A program made the translations under genes and the position numbers. A stretch of DNA of 55,158 nucleotides, counting the filler, from Platydemus manokwari (taxonomy: Eukaryota), in assembly GCA_037951405.1 (NCBI GenBank). It is 4 parts of 4 records of this genome, joined end to end, with 100 filler letters (N's around TTAATTAATTAA, not from the genome) between each part and the next. Parts side by side here need not be neighbours in the genome. Positions count along the whole stretch, not along the records: positions 23,801 to 36,680 come from JBBMOY011929161.1; positions 36,781 to 55,158 come from JBBMOY010422221.1; 2 more parts are not named here. The stretch is one strand, 5' to 3'. Of this stretch, positions 24,925 to 36,857 are shown one piece after another. The notes below the pieces were generated by a model, which was not told where the DNA came from, ran no database searches, and worked only from the letters and a program-made list of their open reading frames with translations. Numbering within the stretch: the first letter of the stretch is position 1; the number at the start of each line of letters is the position of its first letter.

Positions 24925-25602
24925 CAGTACACTGCATGGGTTCTGCAATTTCTAAACTTCTAAATTAGAACAACGAACAAATAAACAACATGTTAAATTC
25001 GATTTCGAAAATCTATTTTATTATTATTATTTCATTATTATTTTATTATTATTATTTATTGTTTAAATATACTAGATCTAACATAATTAAACTCGCTACA
25101 TTTGAAAGATCACTTTGTCCTGCGCTATTAGGTTTGCTTTAATACATTTCGGTTGCTGGTTCAAAAGGATTGTCCTACAATTACCCAGAAAGCGCTACGA
25201 CCTATTGTGTAATTTTCAACTTCATATTTTTGTGAATTTGGATTTTCATCTCTGACAACCATCAAACACAAGAAACGAGCACAATTGCTGTCGATGGAAG
25301 ACGAACTTCATGTGTCTGTCAAAACCATGACTGAATGTTAAAGAATTGCGCAAGAAACACCAAGCTCAAATTTCCCAATGAGTTTTTGATAAGAATAAAT
25401 TTATTTTATTCAAACATGTACAATTTTATTCTCATTTCATCAACAAACATATGCCGTACTCTGAACATAAATACTTTGATAACATGTAAACAAATAAATG
25501 TAGCTTTCTGCATAACACAATTAAATTATTACACAGTGTTTCTTTGAGCCAGAGGAATGTTTCCATTGGGTTCCTCTTCAGCAAAAGGGTTGGAAACCAC
25601 TG
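24925..25602 (+). mobile_element. Non-autonomous hAT (Buster/Charlie-like) element carrying the transposase C-terminus
   Basis: Perfect 8-bp TSD GTCTAACT (24917-24924 and 25603-25610); right TIR GGTTGGAAACCACTG. 25141-25381 reads LLVQKDCPTITQKALRPIV*FSTSYFCEFGFSSLTTIKHKKRAQL...KKHQAQISQ*, resembling the hAT dimerisation region of Buster/ZBED5-type proteins. Its ends match the 3298 MITE in inverted orientation. Confidence 0.9.
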
Positions 25603-27359
25603 GTCTAACTCTTACTTTAAAGATTAAAAATTAAGAAAAGACTCATCAATTTAAAGTAATAACGATTAGTGAATTTATCTCTTTGATGAATTACTTGGAA
25701 AGATAATTCAATTATACTTATCGTATCAATAGTAGTATTAAAGATAAGTCGACTCTGCTTTATATAATGACTTATTCTCTCAATATTAGACTGGAATGTT
25801 ATTGATGTAACAATTTCAAGTGAAAATTAAAAGAAATTCTTTCAAATACAACGGCTAAAAAATCCCATGACTGAACTATAGGGGTTTCTCAAATGATGTT
25901 GATGGCCCAAAGGTATGAAGAATATAGCGAACAACTTTTATAAATATATTTACTAAAGTATTGATATAAAATATCTCAACATTGATATTCAATACTAGTT
26001 GAGTTATGTCGGACAAAGATTTCTTCGCAGCTGCTGTATTAATAATTCATTCAAATTTATGATTAATAAATGATGCTTTAATAATCTCTAAAGTGTTTAA
26101 GTACTTCTCTCAATCCTACTATGAAATCTATACCAACCACACTGTGAATATCTTCGATTTTTCTGGACATCAAATTTTATTGCAAGAAATAATCAAGACT
26201 AGTTGAACTCGCCTTGTTTCTCACTTTAAATTATGTGACAAATCCTTCTTCAATTAAATTCAAGTGTTATTCGGGTGGATACCAACTTGATTTTTATTTT
26301 GTTCTTTCAATAGATTTATTGCTCTTTGCGATCATTTTTTCTATTAAGCGGTACTTTGTGATTTATTAATTAACTTTGAACCGATTGTCTTATTTTTATT
26401 GATTGAGATTTATGTAATCCATTTTATTGAGTATAGCGTTTTTCAAGGACCTTTAGTAAATCATCATAAAATAAACTCACTTGTGAAAAACCACTGGTAA
26501 TTAGAAATCGCAACAATTCAATGCTTTAGGCAAGAACAATTTTAATGGTGTGTATTTTTATGTTTGAGTTGTATTTTTTGAACAGAATTGATTTTAATGC
26601 TATTGACTATTGCCGGTGTCGACTATTCAAATTCAAACTAAAAATTGAGACTACAATGAGATCAGTAATACAGAGGGTTGTATAAAATGGCATAAAATGG
26701 TATAAGGTTGAAATGGGTTATCTCCAATCTTCAACATAAATATGAAGAACAAGTCTCTTTAAAATATTTTCAATCAACAGGATTACAGAAACAGATGTTA
26801 AAAATATTACAAGTTATGCGTTCCTGATGTTTGCAGTAACAATAATATTAGTAATAACTCTTAGTGATGACAACTTCAGTCAAAAAGTTTTATAGAGATA
26901 TAATTTTAGAAAGATAGTAATATCCTAATCACGTCGAATTTCCATAACTCTATCATAATAAGAGAAGTTTAGTCATTTTAATGTTTGTAAATTTCTTGCT
27001 TGATGATGCTTCATTTCAGTGATTTTTCTTTTGTCATTTTGAATTATTTTCTTCTACTCAACTCCTTTATTATGAATTTTTCAATAGATGTTACTTGTGT
27101 TTGTTTAGTTTGAATTTCCTATAATAATTCCTATTGTCACTGGTTTTTCTTTTTTGTGATTTACAGTAATTTAACATGAGTTTATGTGTTTCGATGCTAC
27201 ATGCTTATTTTCCATTATTGCTATTATGGTTATTATTATTGCTTCATTTCATTTTGTTTTAAATAGCTATTCTTAAGTTAATCAATAAAGCAATTTGTAA
27301 AAATCCAGTAATCTGAGTTTTAAATAGCAATGACGACTCCGACAAATGCCCTCAAACCA

Positions 27360-27690
27360 CCTAAGGGAGTTCTAGGAGATTTTTCAAGAAATCGGACCTC
27401 TCAGTTATTGAATAGATATTTCTCCACCTGCATTGACTTTTTCTATTGATATTTCCAGTGCAAGTTGTGTGTTTGGAGATCCTATTCTTCATTCTACTGT
27501 TTCTGATAACGAGGGATTCTATCAAAGAGTTTGATGCAGTAACGTGGACCTTAGTCAATCACTGAAAGATATTTCAAATCCCATGCGTTCTGATTTTGCT
27601 CATCAACTTAATGTCCATGAAATATTAAGTTGAGCACCAGTGCGATGCAGTATTTGATTATGTCAAGAGTACATAATGACGTAATGTATT
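27360..27690 (-). pseudogene. Possible decayed ankyrin-repeat coding relic
   Basis: Minus strand reads IALVLNLIFHGH*VDEQNQNAWDLKYLS and GSPNTQLALEISIEKVN; multiple stops. Confidence 0.25.
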
Positions 27691-28289
27691 CAAATTAATA
27701 TTGGAAATTGTGACTGAATCCTATTCGTTTTTTTACATGATTTTGGATTAAAATTATTAGCTTGAGTCCATTATAAGTGTTTTCAGTGTTTGAAGAGTCC
27801 AAAACTAAATTGCTGCTGTTACATTTATACATAAATTTCACTTTAGAATTTATATAGATTTTGAAAAAACTTTCGGACACAAATATTTCGAAATTGGCCT
27901 AACATTCCTGTAAGCCGCCATTACTTTATAAAATACGCAGCGAAAACGAACTGTAAATACACGACACCAAATGAAGTTAATTAATTTTAAAACCGAGAGT
28001 TTGACAGCATTTTTTAAACAAGATCTTTTTGTAAATATTTATTTGGTATATTAATTTTTAATGTGGTTTTTTAAAAATATCTTTTGGCTCAATTTTTAAT
28101 CATATTAATCCAATGAATTTTAATTATTTATCGTATTTATAATAAAACCTCACAATCTTGATGATAGGAATCTAGCTGTGGCATTGTTACGATGACATTA
28201 TGCTGTGGTGGTTTCACCGATCATTGAATATTATTCTAAATTTGGTTAGGTTCATTTTGTACCAAGGTTTTTTGAAGTAATGATTGTCG

Positions 28290-28830
28290 ATCAAACTCTG
28301 ATCACAAGCTTGCAACTAGGGAATGTGTATTTCGCTCTAAAGCTCGTTCAGGTTGCACTGCATTTACTGGAATATTATTTAAATAATTTTCATTTTTCGC
28401 AGGTCTTTAGTAAAGAGAATTCTTCACACTCAATCTCATTTATCATTATCAATTCTAAATCTTTCTTTCGTTGGTTGTATTCTTTCCCACGAATTATTTC
28501 CAATGTTTCCAACATTTTTCTTGTTATTATTCACGTTATAAAAGAAACAGACTCGATAATAAGTAATAATAGTCTATTGAATCCATTAAACAGAGCTTCA
28601 CAAATCAGTTTCATGAATAAGAAAAGTCGAAATCCAAATCAGCATCCATTCAAGGGATTTGCATTTTTTCGGAATCTGGGAAAATTATTTCTCGAAATTT
28701 AAATTAATTTTTTAAATTTTCAAATGTATTTTGTCTAATTTACTTAAAACGATGAAGTTTTTTTACATAAAAATGATTTTAACGTACATAGAAAGCGGTA
28801 TTCATGAATACCAAGTATTCCGAAGTAAAT
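28290..28830 (-). mobile_element. Possible decayed hAT transposase relic (different family)
   Basis: Minus strand NYLNNIPVNAVQPERA (about 28340-28390) resembles hAT IPPTSVESERAFS; short GGTATT/AATACC repeats at about 28796-28822. Confidence 0.3.
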
Positions 28831-30298
28831 GCCCAACAAATACTTTCGAACATTGACCACAACAATTGGAACAGTTTTATTTTTTTCTTTAAAAAGCTAC
28901 ACATCAAAATTTTGTTGATATATTATTAGTTTTAAATGAAATTCTGGCAAATAATATGTTTTCCCGACTTCATTGCTCTTCTATTATTTTTATTTTAATG
29001 AAATTGATGACGATAGTATTCTCCAATAAGATAATTATATATTTATATCTGCAATTTCATTATTAAAGTCTCACAGTTTTCGGATATCGTAAATTTATAT
29101 TGTTGGAAAGAGAAATACAGTTTGTGAGGAGTTTAAAGTTTTGACATTTAATTCTTAAATAATTAAATTTTTTTAAAAATCTAAATATAATTGAAAAAAT
29201 CGTTTGGATATTTTAACGAAATATACTTTTTTTGTTGGCTTCTTAAAATCGTTTCCAACCCGCATGAAATGAAACTGTGACAGCCAGCACAGTCTATTTT
29301 AATTACTTTTATTAAATCATACGCTCCTTCACATCTGTTTTCTAGATTGAAAAATTGGATTAAGCAACGATATATCTATTACATAAACCAGTATCCTTGG
29401 CATTTCCTGTGTATATTTATTAGAAATGACCTTGACTTCGCTGGACAATACTTTTCAGAATTTTTCATATCGGTTTTAAATCGGTCATTTCTTTCATTTA
29501 GAAAATTATATATTTTATGTTTTATTTTTGTACATTTCGGAAAACAACGGTCTCTGTGATTTCTTCATTAATTATCTTAATCGTTCATCTCCATTTTCCT
29601 ATCTTAACTCTTCAATTCAAACTTAAGCGTCCACATTCCAATAGCCTCTATATCCGATGCTGTTTGAAAATGCTATCAATACTCAAACCAATCAAATTTC
29701 ACTTATAATGAAACTGATATCAAAATCCACAAATACAATCCATTCCAAAGTCAATTTTCTACAATAAATAACGCAATTGAAAGCAGAATATCAAACAAAA
29801 AACTGTCAAAATGATGTGATTCTAAATAACAATAAGAAAATTAAGAGAGCTGCGTGATCTATTGATGTACTATCTGTTCATCTTCATTTGAAACATTCTA
29901 AATTATTATGTAATTTGGAAACGTATTGATGGGATGAGGATTATTTATTTATGAGAAACAAATGTACTGCATTGCGTGTTCTCTTAACATCATTTTTAAT
30001 AAATTATTGAAATTATGGATGTACACACATACAAGAATGTTTACTTTCTTTCCATGATATTAAAAGCAAAATAAATAAATAATGACATTCTTGAATAAAT
30101 ACAGCCGAACATGCTTGAAAATCTATTCGATATAATTCTGTTTTCAATGTTTCGTTTAAATCAACAACTCAATGTTCGTCTGAAGAAAACAATTAGCTGA
30201 CAATATTATGCAATTATCTGCCTTCCCACTCATCGAGCCCATCGATTTGATCTGAAAGTCAAAACGGCACTTTTTATCAACAATAAACATCTTTTCAA

Positions 30299-31222
30299 AT
30301 GCGGTATGAATTGATTTGGTGGGAAATGGATTCTTTAAAAGTTCTTCAAATAATGGTTTTGGTTATCGGTATTTTATTAAATTCATTATTCGCATTCACA
30401 ATTTTCAAAAGACCTTTGCGAAGTCTCACAATGACAATTTTAATAGTAAACCAAAGTGTATTTGATGGTTTGGTATGTCTGTCAATGTTACTGCTGTTTG
30501 TATTACCCTCAGTAAAAACTGTAGCTCAGGATGACGCAATTAGTTACATCATCTGCAAAATATGGTCCAGCCAATACCCAATATGGATATTCATTGAAGC
30601 CAGTGTTCAAAATATAGTCGGCACGGCCACCGATAGGTATTTGGCAGTCTTACACCCATTACATTATCGCTCCAACAGGAGGCGTTTTATTGTAGGAATA
30701 ACAATATTTATTACCATGATGAGCATTTTTATACCATTACCGGCTTTATATCAAGTTAGAATCCAAAACGAAACTTGCTACAATTTGCTTGCATTTGAAG
30801 GAATATCGTTTGCTCGATTTATTTCGTTTTGTTCTGTCGTTTGGTATTTGAGTATATTTTTATTGCCCATGATCTATCTAATAATTATATATTGCCGAAT
30901 TATCGCCCATCTGAGACGATCAATTTCACCATTAATGAACAATTCCGATAGAAACCAACTGAGAAATACTCGCCGATTGACGATTGCAACATTTTCCGTT
31001 ACCGTTATTTTTATCGTGACATTTTTCTTTGATAGCAATTGGTATTTATTGAACAGTTGGGGTATTGTTCATTACCCACCGGGCAGTTATCTTCAAAGAA
31101 TTGGCACATTTTTTGTTACAATGAACAGTGTTCTCACACCGATGCCGTACTTGTTTACAATGAAAAAATTTCGCTATCGAATCTATAGTTTGTGTGATTT
31201 AGGCTACAAGAGAAGGCTCTAG
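30299..31222 (+). CDS. Intronless class A (rhodopsin-like) orphan GPCR, 307 aa
   Basis: Seven hydrophobic segments; TM1 Asn (LLNS), TM2 NQSVFD, TM3 Cys (ICKIW) and DRYLAVLHPLHY, ECL2 NETC, TM5 FLLP...Y, TM7 NSVLTPMPY followed by a KKFR helix 8; AATAAA downstream at about 31233 and 31344. Confidence 0.93.
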   Translation: MRYELIWWEMDSLKVLQIMVLVIGILLNSLFAFTIFKRPLRSLTMTILIVNQSVFDGLVCLSMLLLFVLPSVKTVAQDDAISYIICKIWSSQYPIWIFIEASVQNIVGTATDRYLAVLHPLHYRSNRRRFIVGITIFITMMSIFIPLPALYQVRIQNETCYNLLAFEGISFARFISFCSVVWYLSIFLLPMIYLIIIYCRIIAHLRRSISPLMNNSDRNQLRNTRRLTIATFSVTVIFIVTFFFDSNWYLLNSWGIVHYPPGSYLQRIGTFFVTMNSVLTPMPYLFTMKKFRYRIYSLCDLGYKRRL

Positions 31223-32899
31223 AAATAATCTCAATAAAATCTTGAATGAACTGAGGCACTTGAACAGAAAAAAAACATTTTTGTAGTGGATTATTATTAT
31301 TGTTTTAAATCAAGATGATATTTTATGAATTCTTTTGTTTTTCAATAAAAAATATTTTGGTTATTTCTTGTGATCGATTTCGGCCTGACCTTTCCTGTGG
31401 AAATCAAAATATCATTTTCCAGAAACTTTATTTATTCTTTAACTAGTTTTCGTGTTTTTAACAATGTCACTGGAATGATATTCTTATTTTAAGTTATTAA
31501 TAAATACGAAAAATCAAACATTATATCTGCAAATTTTATTTATTTTTCCACGTCACCCACACGGTAATAGATAGTCAATTTCTCATTTAAAGAAATTCGA
31601 TACTGAACACTTGAAATTTCGAAGATATTTCTATTTTGGATTTGAATTTTTTTATTTTAGCAAATCATATTGTTTTCCTTTAATTTCTAAATAAGATTAT
31701 AATTTATCTTATCAAATTAACAAACTCTTCCAAAAAAAGTATTTTTCCTATGTACGGCTCTATGTTATCAAATCAAGTCCCATTTCAATGTATAACTCTC
31801 ACCAATAAACATCTTCAATGATGATTTTAAATTTGGTGATAACATATTGTTCCGTTTAACATCATAATTGTTAGCCGCTACCAATGGATTAAATATTAAT
31901 TTCAACACGAATCTAAGAAAGTCAACCATAAAAGTTTGTTTGATCAAAATATTCTCCATTTTTTAGTATTTTCATACTAAATTCTCTTCTTCTGACTGAG
32001 CTATCTATCATTTTCTCATATCGATCTTTAACTGTTTTATATATTATTTATTATTATAATTATCATTGCTATTCTGTTACTTAAATTTTAACTTTTTTCA
32101 AACCCTTTAACAGCTTGAATTTAAAATTTTAAAATTTTGGACCAAGAATTTTAAAGTGTCAACATTGCTTTATATCTTATAATTATCATTTCAGTTTGAA
32201 TTTTGTATAAATCTGCTCATTCTTCAACCTTAAAAACAATAATAATCTCATAGATTATCTCAAAAATTGTTTTTTATATATCATGACTGCTCCAGATGTC
32301 AATGCAGATGAAATTACAAAGTATTTTCAACAGACGTGGATTTGTAAATCATCTCAATTGACGGATATTTTAGTGATAAGTTGACGTCTGTTCTATTTAT
32401 ATAGAACAATTTTTTGTCAGTAAGTGACGAGGATTCTGAAGAAAATTTTAATAACTTTTAATAGAAGCATTGAGAATCCTAAATCAAATATAACGAATTT
32501 AAAAATCAGAAATAACACCACCACTTATAGTCGAATATTCAATGTTTATTGTTGTGATATCTGCAATATTTATTTATCTTCAGGTAAATATATTGAGGAT
32601 ACGTAAATATTATAGTTAAGTGGTATAACAGATACCAAGGTAATAAATGTCATAATTCTAATACAAATTCACATTTTAGCTTTACATTATATGATACATT
32701 TAGAAAATTGGATTTTATTAACATCAACTTGCGATATATTAATTTTATCAACACCAACAATTTCATGGATACAGTTAATAATATTGCCAAATAAAAAAAG
32801 TAAAAAAACAAAAAAAAAACGAATATTTATTTAAAACAATGGTTAATAAGATAGCCAGATAAAACGGACTTAATAAATTAGTGTTTCAAATGATCGACT

Positions 32900-34900
32900 C
32901 TATAACATCATACTTCGCATTTTATCTGTGTCACGTCCGATTAGATCTCATAATCTTCTGAATTCATTGTTGTTTCCCAATCTTTGATTTGTAATTTTTT
33001 GATTTTCCCGGACTCTTTTGGCCTGAGTGGAATTGCCATTGGAGGTAGGATGTTGAGATATTAGATTTTATGCAATTCATTGCGATTTTATGGATTGGCC
33101 GCTGTGAAAGTCCAAATTTCCGTAGGATACCATCATCCTCTTTAATCCATGTTCCAACTATAAGTGAAAAGTTCCACTATATAGTTAGGTATTTTCTTCT
33201 TAATCTCATCCCGGAGAGTTGGATATTTTTCAATGGTTTTGTTGTTAGTCTCTTCAATGGGTTTGGGTTCGCCCATTGGATAATTAGCTCCAGGTGATAC
33301 ATCATGCATTTTATTTTAATATTCACAAGAATTACTAAAATTGTTGTTATTATTAATGTTTTGAACAAAATTATACACAATAAACGACATCACAAATTTC
33401 CAATTTATTTCTTTCATCTATTTTTAAAGGAACTGTAAAATTTAATCCCCAACTTGATTTTTTATTAACTGGTATCATTGCTGTACAAGATACTTTAGAT
33501 AAATAAAAATCTAATATTTAAAACTCCAATAAAATTACATTTGGTGATCGTGATTAAATTGTGTGAATAATTTCTAGCAAAATCATTCATGTGTCGAGGT
33601 TGAAATATTTAATTTCTTTATTCGAGTCATTGATAACAACAACTGAAGTCTAATTTTTGGTCCATTTTTAGTAGATCACTCAATGGCCTAGTTACATATT
33701 ACCAGGTTCAGATGATTATCTTCAGAAAATACATTCAACGAAAAATTAAAGATTGTTTGAGATTGATTTTAATGTAATGATTGATATCGAAAACAACTAT
33801 TTTATCTCAGTGCTGAATATAAAATAAAATTATTATAATTATATGAGTTGGTTTCTTGTATTCATGAATGTTGTATGGTAAATATTTCAAAGGGGCGGAA
33901 CAACCGCAATTATCTTGTGCAGATTTTATATATTTATTTATACCATAAAAATATCTAGATACACAATATGGTTTCTAGGTGGATCTAAATCTGTAGAAAT
34001 GAATTATTTATTGTGCTCTCGTGAACATCTTTCAAACAATAGAAGTATTTCTTGAAAGGAAATACTCTTCAAATCATTTTCTCTAACGGATTCCGAAAAT
34101 TTGTTTCCAGATAATTTTGTGATTCTCTTTTGAATGAATTGGATATTTATATCATTATCTGGTGTCAATTCGATGACTCTATTAAAAACAATCTTTAAAT
34201 CTTTCCTTGAGATCAATCTGTTTCTGATTATTTCTTTGTGTTGAAATTAATGCCTACAAAATTTTGAAAAATATTTATTTTTTAATCCATATTTTATTAA
34301 TTTATTTTTTATTTCATTAACCCATTTTTCAAACAAAATATTCATATTCACCCAAGTTATAATAATTAACTTTTAAAATTCGTTCATTATGTTGGGTATA
34401 TCACAAATCAATCAAAAGGGTCCCAAGAACTAAGAAAAGGCCACTAAAAAGGATCAATACACACAGACACGATAAACACGTGCCGTTAACCAATTAGATG
34501 CATTCTAATGTTAATCTATATTTAAAAGCTAATAATCAACAGGTACATACCTACAAACGGCAGAAAGCTCAAATATTTGCCATTGGCTCGAGAGATATAA
34601 GGAAAATCTCAAGTAAATCGATCCATGAACAAATTTAGCATATAGAAAACGATTCGTGACATCAAGCAGGCTCACCCAATAGGACTATAAAAGAGGTTGA
34701 ATTCCATGGATTTCTGCCAGACTTTTTTGGTGAGTAGCTTCAATGCTTTGCTCATATGTGATTTCAATAATAAGTTTTTTTCATTACTCTTCATTTTGTT
34801 TTTGAATTTCTGACACTGATCCCGTCCTGAGTGATTTTCTTGTGAACTATGTAAAGATTTGTTATTGTTATTGTTATTGAGACTTTGGATGTATTATTTT
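32900..34900 (-). pseudogene. Possible decayed multi-exon gene of unknown family
   Basis: Short GT-AG intron-like segments on the minus strand (about 33495-33540, about 33650-33702, donor at about 34550) separate coding-like blocks such as HDVSPGANYPMGEPKP... and LISRKDLKIVFNRVIE...ISFQEILLLF, with in-frame stops. Confidence 0.3.
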
Positions 34901-35936
34901 AGTTAATATAGATTTTCAGATCTAAATTTTTGTTTTACAATTCAACAATTAGAATTTATTATATATGAAAATTATATGTAAAAAATTTTTAAATGGAATA
35001 TCTAGAATTATTTGAATCTTTCACGATCATAGCAATTGAAATCATTGAGACAAAAAGAGTAAATTTAAAATTCATATCTATGTGATTTTGAAGAAGAAAG
35101 AGTTAATAATATGTCTGCAAAATTCCTCTAGCATTTTCTAGCTATCTACTATTCCATTATTTCCTTGGTTTTATTAATACCAAAGTTGGTGCCATTAGTT
35201 CCAATCACTGGGTTTTTCTGGACAAAAAAGACCAATATAAGTTCAATTTGCTATTAACATGTATTTTTTATTATTACTCATAACACGATAACTAATTAAT
35301 CTGGTATTGATTAAATAATTGATGAATTTCATTCATTCACTAACGAATGATAGCAAAGAAAACTAATTAAACTTTCAGTAGAAGCAGTAATTTATATACC
35401 GTTAAAAAACCCAATCATCACCACAACCCAATTCCTTCAATACCCTTTGACCCAATGACATTGTAGAATTTCTTAGTTTCACTAATTTTTGTGTCTCCTT
35501 TCTTCTATAACAAATCGAAAACTATTAAACAATATCGTTTTCATTTTTGATAGATCATTTCACCTATCTTCGGTATTTTTATAAAAAAAAACCCTATAAA
35601 ACACAAATAAACTCGATGAAATGATATTAATTTTGACGATATAAAAGTCATTTTCCTTCACGATAAATGAAAGCACTTTTCATTATTACTTTTTACAATG
35701 ATCAAGTATTTCTCCAATGTTCTCCAATCAAATATCATTATAATTCTTGTTTGATATACAAGATCAAATATCGAACCTCATCTTTTATTAATTTCAATTA
35801 TTATTTTTTTTAGCCGCTACTATTTTAGAAACCACATATTTAAAAACGAACTGAAAAGTCAAGACACTAAAAATCTATTTCAATACTAATATTTAAACAA
35901 ATAAATTTAATTTTATATAATTATGATTTTATATAT

Positions 35937-36002
35937 AATTAGAATTAAATTAGAATTAAATTAGAATTAAATTAGAATTAAATTAGAATTAAATTAGAAT
36001 TA
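35937..36002. repeat. Minisatellite (AATTAGAATTA)x6
   Basis: Six perfect 11-bp units, directly visible. Confidence 0.95.
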
Positions 36003-36680
36003 AGAAATTTAATTCATTTAAAATATCTCATAATTTTCATAATATTTTTATTCATTTTTCACTTGGATTTCTTTATTTTCTATTTTTGATTCTGATTGTC
36101 AGTGTTGTAATTCATTTATGTTAGATCCCCACCACATGGAAACGTCAATAAGTATTTATTATTGTTATATGTGATTTCTTGATCAAACATCTGTCATTAT
36201 CAATAGTGTTTTTAGCTTGGGAAAGATGTGTGTAAATATTTCTAACTTTTTATTTATTGATTTCATTGATTCATATCTATGTTTTATCAAACAATTACAA
36301 CAATCTAATCAATATAATGATGGAGTTCCTGTTGAAGATTTCTTCGCAGGAAAAAATTACCTAAACAATATCAGTACTTACAACATAACCAATGGTATGT
36401 ATTTTTTATAATGTTATATGGCTTAGTCAACTAGGTGTAGGGTTCTACACTGGCTATTTATTGGTTGCTAGGTGTGTTTCCTTTTTTAAATGTATAAAGG
36501 TAGTGGCCAGTATCGTCATTATTCTAATGAGTTTTTATAGGGGAGTTTTCTGCTTTGACTGAGCCTTTTTAGGTACGGTGAGCCTTGTCCCAGTTTAAAC
36601 ATGTTCTTTCTTGTCTTTCCATTTTCTTATTCTTATATTTAGATAAGGGATTTGAAAAGGGAATTTAAAATAAGCAATAT

Positions 36681-36780
36681 NNNNNNNNNNNNNNNNNNNN
36701 NNNNNNNNNNNNNNNNNNNNNNNNTTAATTAATTAANNNNNNNNNNNNNNNNNNNNNNNNNNNNNNNNNNNNNNNNNNNN
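36681..36780. other. Artificial contig spacer N44-TTAATTAATTAA-N44
   Basis: Identical 100-nt spacer. Confidence 0.97.
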
Positions 36781-36857
36781 CTATTAACAAAAAAAATTTC
36801 AATTATTATTACAAGTAACATTTTTATAGTATTAATATTATATATATATATATATAC

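Noticed and set aside
35937-36002. 11-bp tandem repeat as telomeric or CRISPR-like array
   Set aside because: No spacers, not TTAGGG-like, and internal; an ordinary minisatellite.
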